A stretch of 63,905 nucleotides of DNA, filler included. It is 5 parts of 5 records of this genome, joined end to end, with 100 filler letters (N's around TTAATTAATTAA, not from the genome) between each part and the next. Parts side by side here need not be neighbours in the genome. Positions count along the whole stretch, not along the records: positions 42,020 to 57,197 come from SRR20825006_1657; 4 more parts are not named here. One strand, written 5' to 3'. This document shows positions 42,021 to 50,831 of the stretch, piece after piece. Position 1 is the stretch's first letter; each line of letters begins with the position of its first letter. The notes below the pieces were generated by a model that had not been told where the DNA came from, ran no database searches, and saw only the letters and a list, made by a program, of their open reading frames with translations. The position numbers and the translations under genes are program-made.

Positions 42021-42671
42021 CTGCGCACGCCGCTCAATGCCATCATCGGCTACTCCGAGATGCTCTCCGAGGATGTCGAGGAGGAGCTCTTTGACGCCGA
42101 GGCGATGACCTCCGATCTGGACAAGATCTCGATCTCGGCGCGTCACCTGCTCTCGCTGATCAATGATATCCTCGATCTCTCCAAGATCGAGGCGCGCAAG
42201 ATGGAGGTCGTCCTCGAGGAGGTCGAGCTCACGAGCTTTATCGACGAGGTCAGCGCGACCGCCAGGCCGCTCTTTGACAAGAAGCAGAACGCGTTCGTCG
42301 TCGAAAAGTGCGCGGGGGTGATCGAGGCGGATCGCAAGCGTCTGCGTCAGATCTTACTCAACTTGCTCTCGAACGCGGCCAAGTTCACCGAGCATGGCGA
42401 GGTGCGCCTCGAGGTCGAGCACGTCACCTCCGAAGAACCTCCCTGCTTTCGCTTCCGCGTGATCGACGATGGCATCGGCATCACGCCCGAGCAGCAAGAG
42501 CGCCTGTTCAAGGCATTCAGTCAGGCCGAGGCGACGACCGCCAGCAAGTTCGGTGGGACGGGGCTCGGGCTCGCGCTCTCTCGCGAACTCTGCCGCTTGA
42601 TGGGCGGTGATATCTCGCTCGAGAGCGCCGAAGGGGAGGGCTCGACGTTTACTGTCGAGATCCCCGCATGA
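42021..42671 (+). CDS. Sensor histidine kinase, C-terminal fragment
   Basis: LRTPLNAIIGYSEML, NLLSNAAKFT, DDGIG, GGTGLGL. Confidence 0.92.
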   Translation: MRTPLNAIIGYSEMLSEDVEEELFDAEAMTSDLDKISISARHLLSLINDILDLSKIEARKMEVVLEEVELTSFIDEVSATARPLFDKKQNAFVVEKCAGVIEADRKRLRQILLNLLSNAAKFTEHGEVRLEVEHVTSEEPPCFRFRVIDDGIGITPEQQERLFKAFSQAEATTASKFGGTGLGLALSRELCRLMGGDISLESAEGEGSTFTVEIPA

Positions 42672-42690
42672 GCACTTGAAACAATGCCCG

Positions 42691-43239
42691 TCAGGTCTTT
42701 GGCGGGTACTTCTGTAGCTTGCGCTGGAGCGAGCGGCGGTGAATGCCGAGCTTCTTTGCCGCGTGCGTGATGTTGCCGCCACAATCACTCAGGACGCGAT
42801 TGATATGCTCCCACTCGGCGCGCGCCAGCGATGGCGCCTCGTCGTAGATCGGCTCGGGAGGATCGAGCGGCTCGTGCTCGCTGCGCTCGAAGGCGGTCAG
42901 GATATCATCCGCGTCGGCAGGCTTTTGCATGTAATTGACCGCGCCGAGGCGGATCGCATCCACCGTCGTCGAGATCGAACCATACCCCGTCAGGACGACG
43001 ATCTTGAGGTTGGCGTATTGCTCGTGGAGGTCGCGCACGACCTCGAGCCCACCCTTTCCGGGCATCCTCAGATCGACCACGGCGAGCTCGAAGGGGTGCT
43101 CGGCGGCGGCCTCCATCGCTTCATCGTAGTTTGCGGCGGTGGTCACATCGAGACCGCGCTCGCGCATGGCGCGGGCGAGTCGTGGTCTCCAGATGTCATC
43201 ATCGTCGACGATCAGCATCTTGGTCGCTTGCTCGGTCAT
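42691..43239 (-). CDS. regA: RegA/PrrA/ActR-type response regulator
   Basis: Receiver domain with LTGYGSI; WEHINRVL..CGGNITHAAKKLGIHRRSLQRKL. Confidence 0.88.
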   Translation of the reverse strand: MTEQATKMLIVDDDDIWRPRLARAMRERGLDVTTAANYDEAMEAAAEHPFELAVVDLRMPGKGGLEVVRDLHEQYANLKIVVLTGYGSISTTVDAIRLGAVNYMQKPADADDILTAFERSEHEPLDPPEPIYDEAPSLARAEWEHINRVLSDCGGNITHAAKKLGIHRRSLQRKLQKYPPKT

Positions 43240-44603
43240 GAGGCTTTCTCCATGTCTGAGGTGGGTTGGTCTTGTGAATCTGGCGCTGATGCTTCGGTTG
43301 TAGGCGGGGAGGCGGCGAGGGGGAGCTTGAGCGAGACGGTCGTGCCTTGGCCTTCGGTGGTTTCGATGGAGAGTTCGCCATCGAGCCGCTCACACAGCGT
43401 GCCTGCCAGGAACAAGCCGATGCCCATTCCTCGCCCTGTGGGTTTGGTCGAGAAGAAGGGCTCGCGCGCTCTGCGCGCGACCTCCTCGCTCATCCCTCCG
43501 CTCTGGTCGATGATTTCGATGATGACGTGTTCCTTTCTCACGTTCACGTCGAGGGCGACATCGACTGGCAATCCTCGCTCTATGGCGGCCTCGCGCGCGT
43601 TGCGAATGATCCCCTGCATCGCGAGTGACATCGCCCTCGGTCCGATCAGCGCGTAGGTCTCGAGCGCTTCTTCTTCTGCGATGATACGCACTCCGTCAGG
43701 GTGCATCAGCTCGTCGAGCGCCTCGTCGAGGAGGTCTCTGATGCGCACTCCTTCAGGCAGCTCGCCCATCGCCTCGCCAGCGTCCGCGGCCATCGACTGG
43801 AGGATGCGTTGGCAGCGATCGACCTGACTTCGGATCAGCTGCGCGTCCTCGATCATGGCGCTTTGTTCTGGCGCCTTGCGTTCGATATCTCGCTCGAGCT
43901 CCTTGGCGACGAGCGCGATGGTCGAAAGAGGCGTCGAGAGCTCGTGCGCAGCTCCGGCGGAGAGTGTCGCGAGCCCTGCGAGCCGCTCTTGCTTGGAGCG
44001 CAGGTCAGCGAGCTGGCTGATCTGGCGGTCGCGCTCGTAGAGCTGACGGCGAATCCTCTGCACGAAGGCAACGATCGAGATGCTGGTCAACCCCATGGCA
44101 AACCACATCCCCTTGAGGTGCAAGTCGAGCAAGGAGCTCATCCCCGCGGTGTGCGCCGAGGTCTGTGGATCTCCGATGAGAAACAACAACCCGTAAGACG
44201 CCATCGAGAGGCTCACCAGGCCCCAGGACCAGCGCTCTCCGACGGTCACGCTGGCGAGCGCGATGTGCATCAGATAAAGCACCGAGAATGGGTTCGAGGC
44301 GCCGCCGCTCAGCGCGAGCAGGGCGGTGAGCAGCATCACATCGAGCCCGAGCACCGCGCCCAAGCTCCACTCCGAGTCGACGCCGCCCTCGCGCTGACTC
44401 CAGAGCCAGAGCAGGATGTTGCTCATGGCGATCAGCCCCAGCATGGCGGTCAACGGTCCGATCAACAGCGGCAGCTCGATCAGCAACCACGCACCATAAA
44501 TCACCACGACCTGTCCGGTGATGGCGATCCAGCGCATTCGGAGCAGCGCTCCGAAGCTGAGCTGGTAGGTTCCCTTGGGTTGGCTGATCGTGTTCGCGCT
44601 CAT
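43236..44603 (-). CDS. regB: RegB/PrrB/ActS-type redox sensor kinase
   Basis: MRWIAITGQ, GGASNPF (GGxxNPF quinone motif), AAHELSTPL, DRC cysteine; start may extend to TTG 44633. Confidence 0.85.
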   Translation of the reverse strand: MSANTISQPKGTYQLSFGALLRMRWIAITGQVVVIYGAWLLIELPLLIGPLTAMLGLIAMSNILLWLWSQREGGVDSEWSLGAVLGLDVMLLTALLALSGGASNPFSVLYLMHIALASVTVGERWSWGLVSLSMASYGLLFLIGDPQTSAHTAGMSSLLDLHLKGMWFAMGLTSISIVAFVQRIRRQLYERDRQISQLADLRSKQERLAGLATLSAGAAHELSTPLSTIALVAKELERDIERKAPEQSAMIEDAQLIRSQVDRCQRILQSMAADAGEAMGELPEGVRIRDLLDEALDELMHPDGVRIIAEEEALETYALIGPRAMSLAMQGIIRNAREAAIERGLPVDVALDVNVRKEHVIIEIIDQSGGMSEEVARRAREPFFSTKPTGRGMGIGLFLAGTLCERLDGELSIETTEGQGTTVSLKLPLAASPPTTEASAPDSQDQPTSDMEKAS

Positions 44604-44814
44604 CTGCTCGACAGGGTTCGATGGGGTTGTCAACGGACACGTGGTCGCATCGGGCTACTTCAAAGTATGGTACCCGGGGCGCGACAAGCAATGGCAGGGG
44701 AGGGGGGAAGAGGTGTGGCTTCTTGACGCGGCGGGGGTTTCTTTTGCCAAAGTAGAGGTTCGAGAGATACACTTGGATGAATCGTTCCCCCACTCATGCC
44801 TTGGTGAGTCCACG

Positions 44815-45594
44815 ATGACGACGCCCTGTGATCCGGTTTATCCACAATACCCCGCTTACGCCGTCGGCTTTTACAACACCCATGTAGTCAATGTTCTCTA
44901 TGATAACGACGTGATCGATGGCCTGCTGCCCGATGAGCTCGAACGCGCGCCGCAGACGCTCTCGGGGCCAGGGCAGCACCCGGTGACGTTTCTCTTTGGG
45001 CGTCACTCGCATGTGCGGCCAAACTTCATCCCGTTCGGCGGGATGAACTACTACGAGTTCATCTTCGCGATCCCCTTCGTGCAGTGGAAGGACCCCAACG
45101 CGTACACCTACCGTGGGCCGTTCGCCTACATGCCGAGGATGTTTCTCGACAAGCTCTTCCCGACGATCCTCGGGCATTTCTACGCCTACCCCAAGGAGCT
45201 CGCCAGGATTCACGGCGGCAACGACTACGACGTGCACAGCCTGTTGCTCGATAAGCCCTTGCTGCGTGGCGAGTTCAGCCCCTATGGCGCGACCGCGCCG
45301 CCCGATGACTTCGCGAACTTCGCCCCGATCCGCGAGATCTTCGAGCTTCCGTTTATCGGCCAGTGGGAGTTTGGCCCCTACGTCTGCTCGAAGTTGACCT
45401 TCTTGCTCGACGAGTCGATGGCCAGACCTTCCGACGCCGTGGTCGAGATCCAGTACGAGTTCCTCCCTGGCATCACGCCGAGGCTGTTTACGCTCCCTGG
45501 TCTGGATGTGACCCCGATGGGCTCGTTTTCACTCGCGGTACCTTGGAACCTGACCTTGCCATTCTCCTGCGGTTGCATCGAGTGTTCGCCGTGA
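44815..45594 (+). CDS. Acetoacetate decarboxylase-like superfamily protein
   Basis: LLPDELE, YYEFIFAIP, YAYPKELA (putative Schiff-base Lys). Confidence 0.6.
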   Translation: MTTPCDPVYPQYPAYAVGFYNTHVVNVLYDNDVIDGLLPDELERAPQTLSGPGQHPVTFLFGRHSHVRPNFIPFGGMNYYEFIFAIPFVQWKDPNAYTYRGPFAYMPRMFLDKLFPTILGHFYAYPKELARIHGGNDYDVHSLLLDKPLLRGEFSPYGATAPPDDFANFAPIREIFELPFIGQWEFGPYVCSKLTFLLDESMARPSDAVVEIQYEFLPGITPRLFTLPGLDVTPMGSFSLAVPWNLTLPFSCGCIECSP

Positions 45595-45650
45595 TGCCTT
45601 CGCGCGACGCCCAAAAGAGAGGCGTTATGTAGCTCTCGATATTCCTTATT

Positions 45651-46391
45651 GTGTCGACCATCGAGGTGATGATGCCTGTTCTCGGTGCCAATGGTGAGCC
45701 TGACGCGAGCGCGACTTACGATCGCGCGAAATCGAACCTGCGTGACGCGATCGAATACAATGACGGTGTGCTCGCCGCTCGTGACGGCACCGAAGAGGTG
45801 CTCGAGCAAGTCTTTCAAGACCTCGTGTGGGTGTGGGAGCGATCCCTCGACTACCAACTCTCGATGGCGGGCGTGCGCTCGAGCTTTATGCTCGGGTCAT
45901 TCGATAAGTTATGTGAAGTCTACGCCCCTGCGCGAGGTTACCTCGAGCAGCAGCTCGACCTCCTCGAAGAGAAGCTCGAGCGCGGCGAGTTGGCGCGTTT
46001 GCAGGTGTTTGATTTGAACGCGCTGTTGCGTCGAGCGCAAGATCCCACCCGGATGGCCGCGCACATGCGCAGGTTGCAGGTCTCACAACCCGAGCTCGCC
46101 GACGAGGTCGGCCACAAGCTCTGGTCCACCTGGATCGACGCCGAGGATTGGGAGCTGTTCGAGATGTATCCGCGCGATCCCGAGGATGAGATCGAGTTCG
46201 TCGCCATGTTCAAGGGGCGTCTGGCGAGGCGAAGAGATGATGAGCTCGATCAGTTCTATGAAGAGCGCATCGATGTCTCCTTTCGACTCATCGACGAGAG
46301 GCTCGATAAGGCGCAGCGCGCCTACGAGTTGTCCGGACTCCCCAGGTTAGGTGAGACGTTTTCCAGGCTCAGACAGGAGCGCGGTCTGTGA
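45651..46391 (+). CDS. Hypothetical helical protein (GVRSSF...YAPA motif)
   Basis: 246-aa ORF; stop overlaps the next start (GTGA). Confidence 0.7.
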   Translation: MSTIEVMMPVLGANGEPDASATYDRAKSNLRDAIEYNDGVLAARDGTEEVLEQVFQDLVWVWERSLDYQLSMAGVRSSFMLGSFDKLCEVYAPARGYLEQQLDLLEEKLERGELARLQVFDLNALLRRAQDPTRMAAHMRRLQVSQPELADEVGHKLWSTWIDAEDWELFEMYPRDPEDEIEFVAMFKGRLARRRDDELDQFYEERIDVSFRLIDERLDKAQRAYELSGLPRLGETFSRLRQERGL

Positions 46392-47167
46392 GTGAGAGAG
46401 AGGTCTTCGGTGATTTTCGTTCTGCCTGTCACAATGGCGATTTGATTGGTGCCGTCCGTTGTCTCGATGAGATGGACGGCGAGGATGCTGTCGTCGCGTA
46501 CGGCTACGCCATGAATCATTTTCAGGGGAGTCATCTTCTCGCCTGGATGGCCATCGATAGCCTCGAGGTACTACGTCGAGCATCGATAGTCTCGCTGGCG
46601 CTTGATTTACACAACACGTCCTCGCGCAAACACATCTATGCGTTGATCGAGGACGATGACTTACGGACACTCCTGCTGGAGCTCGACCGCTACTCGGTGC
46701 GTGGTTGGTCTGCCAGGATCGCGGAAGGGGAGCGACTCCTTTCGTTTGGAATCGATGGGGTCAGTGGATCGATTGGTGGGTTGGATCCAAGCTCGGTTAT
46801 CGATAGAGCCGCGAAGCCATCTCCGACCACTGCGTTGGAGTGGTCACAGCGAGCTGACAAGAAACTGCCTACAGGATTGCTGCCCCTGCTCGGGATAAGT
46901 CGCCGCAGAAGCGCAGGTGAGGTCTGGTGGCTGGTGTGCAATGGACCGCGCGCTGGGTACATGGCCCGTGCGCGATATTCCTATGGGCACACGACCGCAG
47001 ATGGTGAGAACATCCATTGGCGGGAGCTGGTCGCCAGGTACTTCAGGTTATTGCTCACGCAAGAACCAAACGAGGTCCTCGCCAGCGACCCGAACCACGA
47101 GACGCGGCTGGCGTTTTGGGAGGACCTCATCGATCCGGGCAGGGATGTCGAACTGTTCAGGCCGTGA
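46388..47167 (+). CDS. Hypothetical protein, paralog A (FGDxRS N-module; putative SMI1/KNR4-like core)
   Basis: GTG start after AGGAG; GLLPLLG...WWLVCNGPRAG. Confidence 0.75.
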   Translation: MSEREVFGDFRSACHNGDLIGAVRCLDEMDGEDAVVAYGYAMNHFQGSHLLAWMAIDSLEVLRRASIVSLALDLHNTSSRKHIYALIEDDDLRTLLLELDRYSVRGWSARIAEGERLLSFGIDGVSGSIGGLDPSSVIDRAAKPSPTTALEWSQRADKKLPTGLLPLLGISRRRSAGEVWWLVCNGPRAGYMARARYSYGHTTADGENIHWRELVARYFRLLLTQEPNEVLASDPNHETRLAFWEDLIDPGRDVELFRP

Positions 47168-47324
47168 GCATCTGCCAAAAACCCAGAGGCTCTTGCCGTC
47201 GAAATTGTGCGCGGCCTCGAGCTCTCGAACATCGAGGTTCTCGATGCAGCGCGCCTACGAGTTGTTCGGGCGCCACAAGCTCGATGAGAAATTTTCCAGC
47301 CTCAGGAAGGAGCGCGGTCTGTGA
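47168..47324. pseudogene. Chimeric junction: 3' remnant of a GFA gene (-) fused to 3' remnant of the 45651 gene (+)
   Basis: Minus strand ARCIENLDVRELEAAHNFDGKSL; plus strand QRAYELFGRHKLDEKFSSLRKERGL*. Confidence 0.85.
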
Positions 47325-48109
47325 GTGTGAGAGAGGTCTTCGGTGATTTTCGCTCTGCCTGTCACAGTGGCGATTTGGTCGGGGCTGCGCGGCAGCTTCG
47401 AGCAATGAAGGGCGAGGACGCCGCCATGGCCTTCGATTATGCCATGAGGCACTATCAAGGAGGGGGCCGGATGGCGTGGATGGCGCTGGAGAGCGTCTCG
47501 CTATTGAGCGCCGCGTCGCGTGCCTCGCTGTCGGTGGCCGCGCGCGATGCTCCACCTGCTCGGGATATCTGTGGTCTGATCGAGGACGACGAGCTTCGGA
47601 GCTTTCTGCGCGCGTTCGATCGTTGCTCGGTGCGAGGTTGGAGCGCTTCCTTCGAGGGTGAACAGCGCGCCTTTTTGTTTGGCTTCGAGCTGGTAGAGGA
47701 GTCGCTGGGGCGCTTGTTTACAAGACCGATCGAGCAAATCATCGAGGACGCGGCGAAGCCAGCGCCCGTCGAACGCGTGGGCTGGTTTATGCAGGACGAC
47801 GAGCCCATGCCGACAGGTTTATTGCCCGTGTTGGGCACGACCAGCCTGCGGTTCGCTGGCGAGCTGTGGTGGTTGGTGTGCAACGGCGTCAACGCTGGCC
47901 GTCTGGTGTCTGCGCGCTACGCCTATAACCATACGATCGCAGATAAGGAAAACCTCCCCTGGCAAGAGGTGCTCGCGAGGCTCTTTCACTTCTTGCTCAC
48001 GCAAGAACCAAATGAGGTCCTCGCCAGTGACCCCAACCACGAGGTGCGGTTGGCGTTTTGGGAGGACCTCGTCGATCTTGGCGAGGAAGTGGAGTTGTTC
48101 AGGCCATGA
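47321..48109 (+). CDS. Hypothetical protein, paralog B (FGDxRS N-module; putative SMI1/KNR4-like core)
   Basis: Collinear with paralog A; DELRSFLRAF and GLLPVLG...WWLVCNG. Confidence 0.75.
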   Translation: MSVREVFGDFRSACHSGDLVGAARQLRAMKGEDAAMAFDYAMRHYQGGGRMAWMALESVSLLSAASRASLSVAARDAPPARDICGLIEDDELRSFLRAFDRCSVRGWSASFEGEQRAFLFGFELVEESLGRLFTRPIEQIIEDAAKPAPVERVGWFMQDDEPMPTGLLPVLGTTSLRFAGELWWLVCNGVNAGRLVSARYAYNHTIADKENLPWQEVLARLFHFLLTQEPNEVLASDPNHEVRLAFWEDLVDLGEEVELFRP

Positions 48110-48124
48110 GCATTTGCCAAAGGC

Positions 48125-48478
48125 TTAGAGGCTCTTGCCGTCGAACTTGTGCGCGGCCTCGAGGTCGTGGACGTCGATGCCCTCGATGCAGCGCGCGTTG
48201 ATCACGCAGCTGTCGTTGCCCTCGGAGTCCTTGCCCCATCCGATCGTGCGCACTCCGCAGGTCGAGCAAAACGGGTGGTGGAGTCGCTTCTGGCCAAATT
48301 GATAGTCGGTCAGGTTCTCCTCACCTTCCATGTTTTCGATCGCGTCTCGCGGGACAAACAACATCAGCATCCCCGCTCGCCCGCACATCGAACAGTTGCA
48401 CGCGCCGAGCCCCTTGACCTCGACGTCCACGTCGAAGTTTACAGCGCCACAGTGACAGCTCAGGTGGTGTTTGGGCAT
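48125..48478 (-). CDS. GFA/CENP-V family zinc protein
   Basis: SCHCGAV, CNCSMC, FCSTCG, INARCI; RBS GGAGG. Confidence 0.9.
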   Translation of the reverse strand: MPKHHLSCHCGAVNFDVDVEVKGLGACNCSMCGRAGMLMLFVPRDAIENMEGEENLTDYQFGQKRLHHPFCSTCGVRTIGWGKDSEGNDSCVINARCIEGIDVHDLEAAHKFDGKSL

Positions 48479-48502
48479 CTCGGGTCCTCCATGATCCTTG
48501 GT

Positions 48503-48543
48503 AAAAAAGAGAGCGCGAAACACACCCGTGTTTCGCGCTCTCT
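48503..48543 (-). terminator. Intrinsic terminator on the minus strand, about 25 nt upstream of the GFA start
   Basis: 16-bp perfect stem AGAGAGCGCGAAACAC/GTGTTTCGCGCTCTCT ending in a U6 tract on the minus strand. Confidence 0.8.
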
Positions 48544-48659
48544 GTATCCCCTGCCTGGGATGGCAGTGTCAAGTTTGTGCTGAACAAAATATCAGCCAGT
48601 ATGCCGCTCCAGGCCGCGGCTGAATAGGGATGGTGCTTCGTGAACCACCGAAGCGGCTC

Positions 48660-48747
48660 GGGAAAAGAGGGGGGGGGCGGATTTTTACACGAGACGTTTC
48701 GGAGCGCGCGGCGCTGGCGTGTAAAAATCCGCCCCCCCTCTTTTCCC
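48660..48747. repeat. About 30-bp inverted repeat with poly-G/poly-C arms
   Basis: GGGAAAAGA-G9-CGGATTTTTACACG ... CGTGTAAAAATCCG-C7-TCTTTTCCC. Confidence 0.85.
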
Positions 48748-48889
48748 TCAGGCGCCAACGGTCGGCGCCTGGGGTGTTGGCCATATCTCGCTCTCCGCGA
48801 CACGGTATTGCAGTGAGTTCTGGTGTCGCGGAGAGCAAGATCGGTTCGCTGCGATCATGCTGCCGGGCATCGAAAATGGCAGCGCGGAA

Positions 48890-49234
48890 TCAACCGCCGA
48901 TCGCGCCTTCTCCTTCCTCGAGCGTGCGGATGCGGATGCACTCTTCGATGGGGAGGATGAAGATCTTGCCGTCGCCGATGCTCTCGGTGCGAGCGCCTTC
49001 GATGATGGCGTCGATGGTAGGGCGCACGAAGTCGTCGTTGACGGCGATCTCGACGCGTACCTTCTTTAAGAGGTTGATCTCGGTCTCGGCCCCTCGGTAG
49101 GACTCCTGGTAGCCGAGCTGTGAGCCGCAGCCGAGCGCGTTGGTCACGCTCATGCGGGTGATGTCGCGCTTGTGGAGCGCGTTCTTGACGTCGTTGAGCC
49201 GCTCGGGCTGGATGTATGCGATCACGAGTTTCAC
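48890..49234 (-). CDS. glnK: P-II nitrogen regulatory protein
   Basis: [14 protein letters not shown]-loop [20 protein letters not shown] start after AGGAG. Confidence 0.9.
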   Translation of the reverse strand: MKLVIAYIQPERLNDVKNALHKRDITRMSVTNALGCGSQLGYQESYRGAETEINLLKKVRVEIAVNDDFVRPTIDAIIEGARTESIGDGKIFILPIEECIRIRTLEEGEGAIGG

Positions 49235-49256
49235 GGTGTGCTCCTGCTGCCAATAA

Positions 49257-50597
49257 TCAATGCGTGGTGAAGATCTGGAAGCCCGCGTACGCTTCCTGGC
49301 CATGTTCGCTGACGTCGAGCCCGACGAGCTCCTCCTTGCGGCTCACGCGGAGTCCAATCGTCTTCTTGATGATGAAGAAGATCAACAGGCTCGATGGTAG
49401 GCAAAACGCCATCGTCAGCGCCACACCCGTGAGCTGAGTGAGAAACGACTTCTCGGGGACAAACAACCCCACCGCGAGCGTGCCCCAGATGCCACAGACA
49501 AGGTGCACCGAGATGGCGCCCACGGGGTCGTCGAGCTTCAAACGATCGATCGCGATGACCGAGAGCACCACGATCACGCCAGCGATCACGCCAGCAACGC
49601 AGGCGTAGAGCGGTGTAAAGAGGTCTGCTCCAGCGGTCACGCCCACCAGACCCGCGAGCGCCCCGTTGAGAATCATCGAGAGGTCGGGCTTCTTCTGGAT
49701 CGACCATGAGGTCGCCAGCGCGCCGACGACGCCCGCGGATGCGCCGAGCGTCGTGGTGACGAAGACGAGCGAGATGGCGCCTGGTTCTGCCGAGAGCACC
49801 GAGCCGCCGTTGAAACCAAACCAGCCGAACCAGAGCAAGAAGGCGCCCAGGGCCGCCAGCGGGAGGTTGTGCCCCATGATCGGGCGAATCTGATCGCCGA
49901 CGTACTTGCCGTGCCGCGCGCCGAGCATGATCACACCTGCAAGCGCGGCCCACCCGCCCACCGAGTGCACGATCGTCGAGCCCGCGAAGTCATGGAATCC
50001 TCGCGCCGCGAGCCAACCTCCGCCCCAGTGCCACATGCCCACGATCGGATAGCAGATGGCGACATAGATCGTGGAGAACAGCAGGAAGCTCTGCAGCTTG
50101 ATCCGCTCCGCGACAGCGCCCGAGACGATCGTGGCCGCGGTGGCGGCGAACATCGCCTGGAAGATGAAGTCCGTCCAGTAGGTGTAGCCCGGATTATAGG
50201 CGGCCGTGAGCCCCGCCGCGTCCGTCCCGATCCAGAACCCCGCGAAGCCAAAGAGCGCACCCTTGTACGCCTCGCCGGGGTACATCAGGTTAAAGCCCAC
50301 CGCGGCGTAGGTCAGGATGCCGATGGCCACGATGGAGACGTTCTTGACCAGGATGTTGACCGTGTTCTTGGCGCGGGTGAGCCCGGACTCGAGCACGGCG
50401 AACCCGAGGTGCATCAAAAACACGAGTGATGTCGCAAAAAGCATCCACGCGTTGTGAATCACGAAGAGGATCTCGGTGTCGCTCTTTGGCGCGCCTTCCC
50501 CGCTCGCCGCGATGGCGAGCTGTGGAGAGAGCGCGACCAGCACGGTGAGCGCGAGCGCGAGGGTGAGTCGGCCTGCATCGGTTCGGACAAACTTCAT
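49257..50597 (-). CDS. amtB: Ammonium transporter
   Basis: [50 protein letters not shown]. Confidence 0.95.
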   Translation of the reverse strand: MKFVRTDAGRLTLALALTVLVALSPQLAIAASGEGAPKSDTEILFVIHNAWMLFATSLVFLMHLGFAVLESGLTRAKNTVNILVKNVSIVAIGILTYAAVGFNLMYPGEAYKGALFGFAGFWIGTDAAGLTAAYNPGYTYWTDFIFQAMFAATAATIVSGAVAERIKLQSFLLFSTIYVAICYPIVGMWHWGGGWLAARGFHDFAGSTIVHSVGGWAALAGVIMLGARHGKYVGDQIRPIMGHNLPLAALGAFLLWFGWFGFNGGSVLSAEPGAISLVFVTTTLGASAGVVGALATSWSIQKKPDLSMILNGALAGLVGVTAGADLFTPLYACVAGVIAGVIVVLSVIAIDRLKLDDPVGAISVHLVCGIWGTLAVGLFVPEKSFLTQLTGVALTMAFCLPSSLLIFFIIKKTIGLRVSRKEELVGLDVSEHGQEAYAGFQIFTTH

Positions 50598-50831
50598 GGC
50601 TTGCTCTGCTATCCTTGGGAGAGAAACAATGTCGAAATGACGCGCTGCGTCATGGATGTGCGTTCCACTCTCTATAAAATGACGCAGTGCGTCAAGAGTG
50701 GTCCGCAAGTTGGCACAATTTCGGCATGTTCTCCCTGTCGAGAGCTCGGCGAGTGGTTGGGTTTGGTGCTCCTGGTCAGCGACGAATGTCGCCGTGGTGG
50801 GCCTTGAAGGTGAGGGCAGTTCGAGGTGAGG

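Larger units (their letters stand above)
46313..48196 (+). repeat. Tandem duplication, units 46313-47245 and 47246-48187, bounded by GCAGCGCGC
   Basis: Near-identical unit ends; 9-mer at 46313, 47246 and 48188. Confidence 0.9.

Noticed and set aside
42739-44726. Plus-strand ORFs of 305 and 341 aa
   Set aside because: Antisense shadows of regA/regB in GC-rich DNA.
46313-48196. Possible CRISPR array or diversity-generating retroelement
   Set aside because: Only two gene-sized units, no repeat-spacer periodicity, no cas or reverse transcriptase gene, and differences are not adenine-specific.
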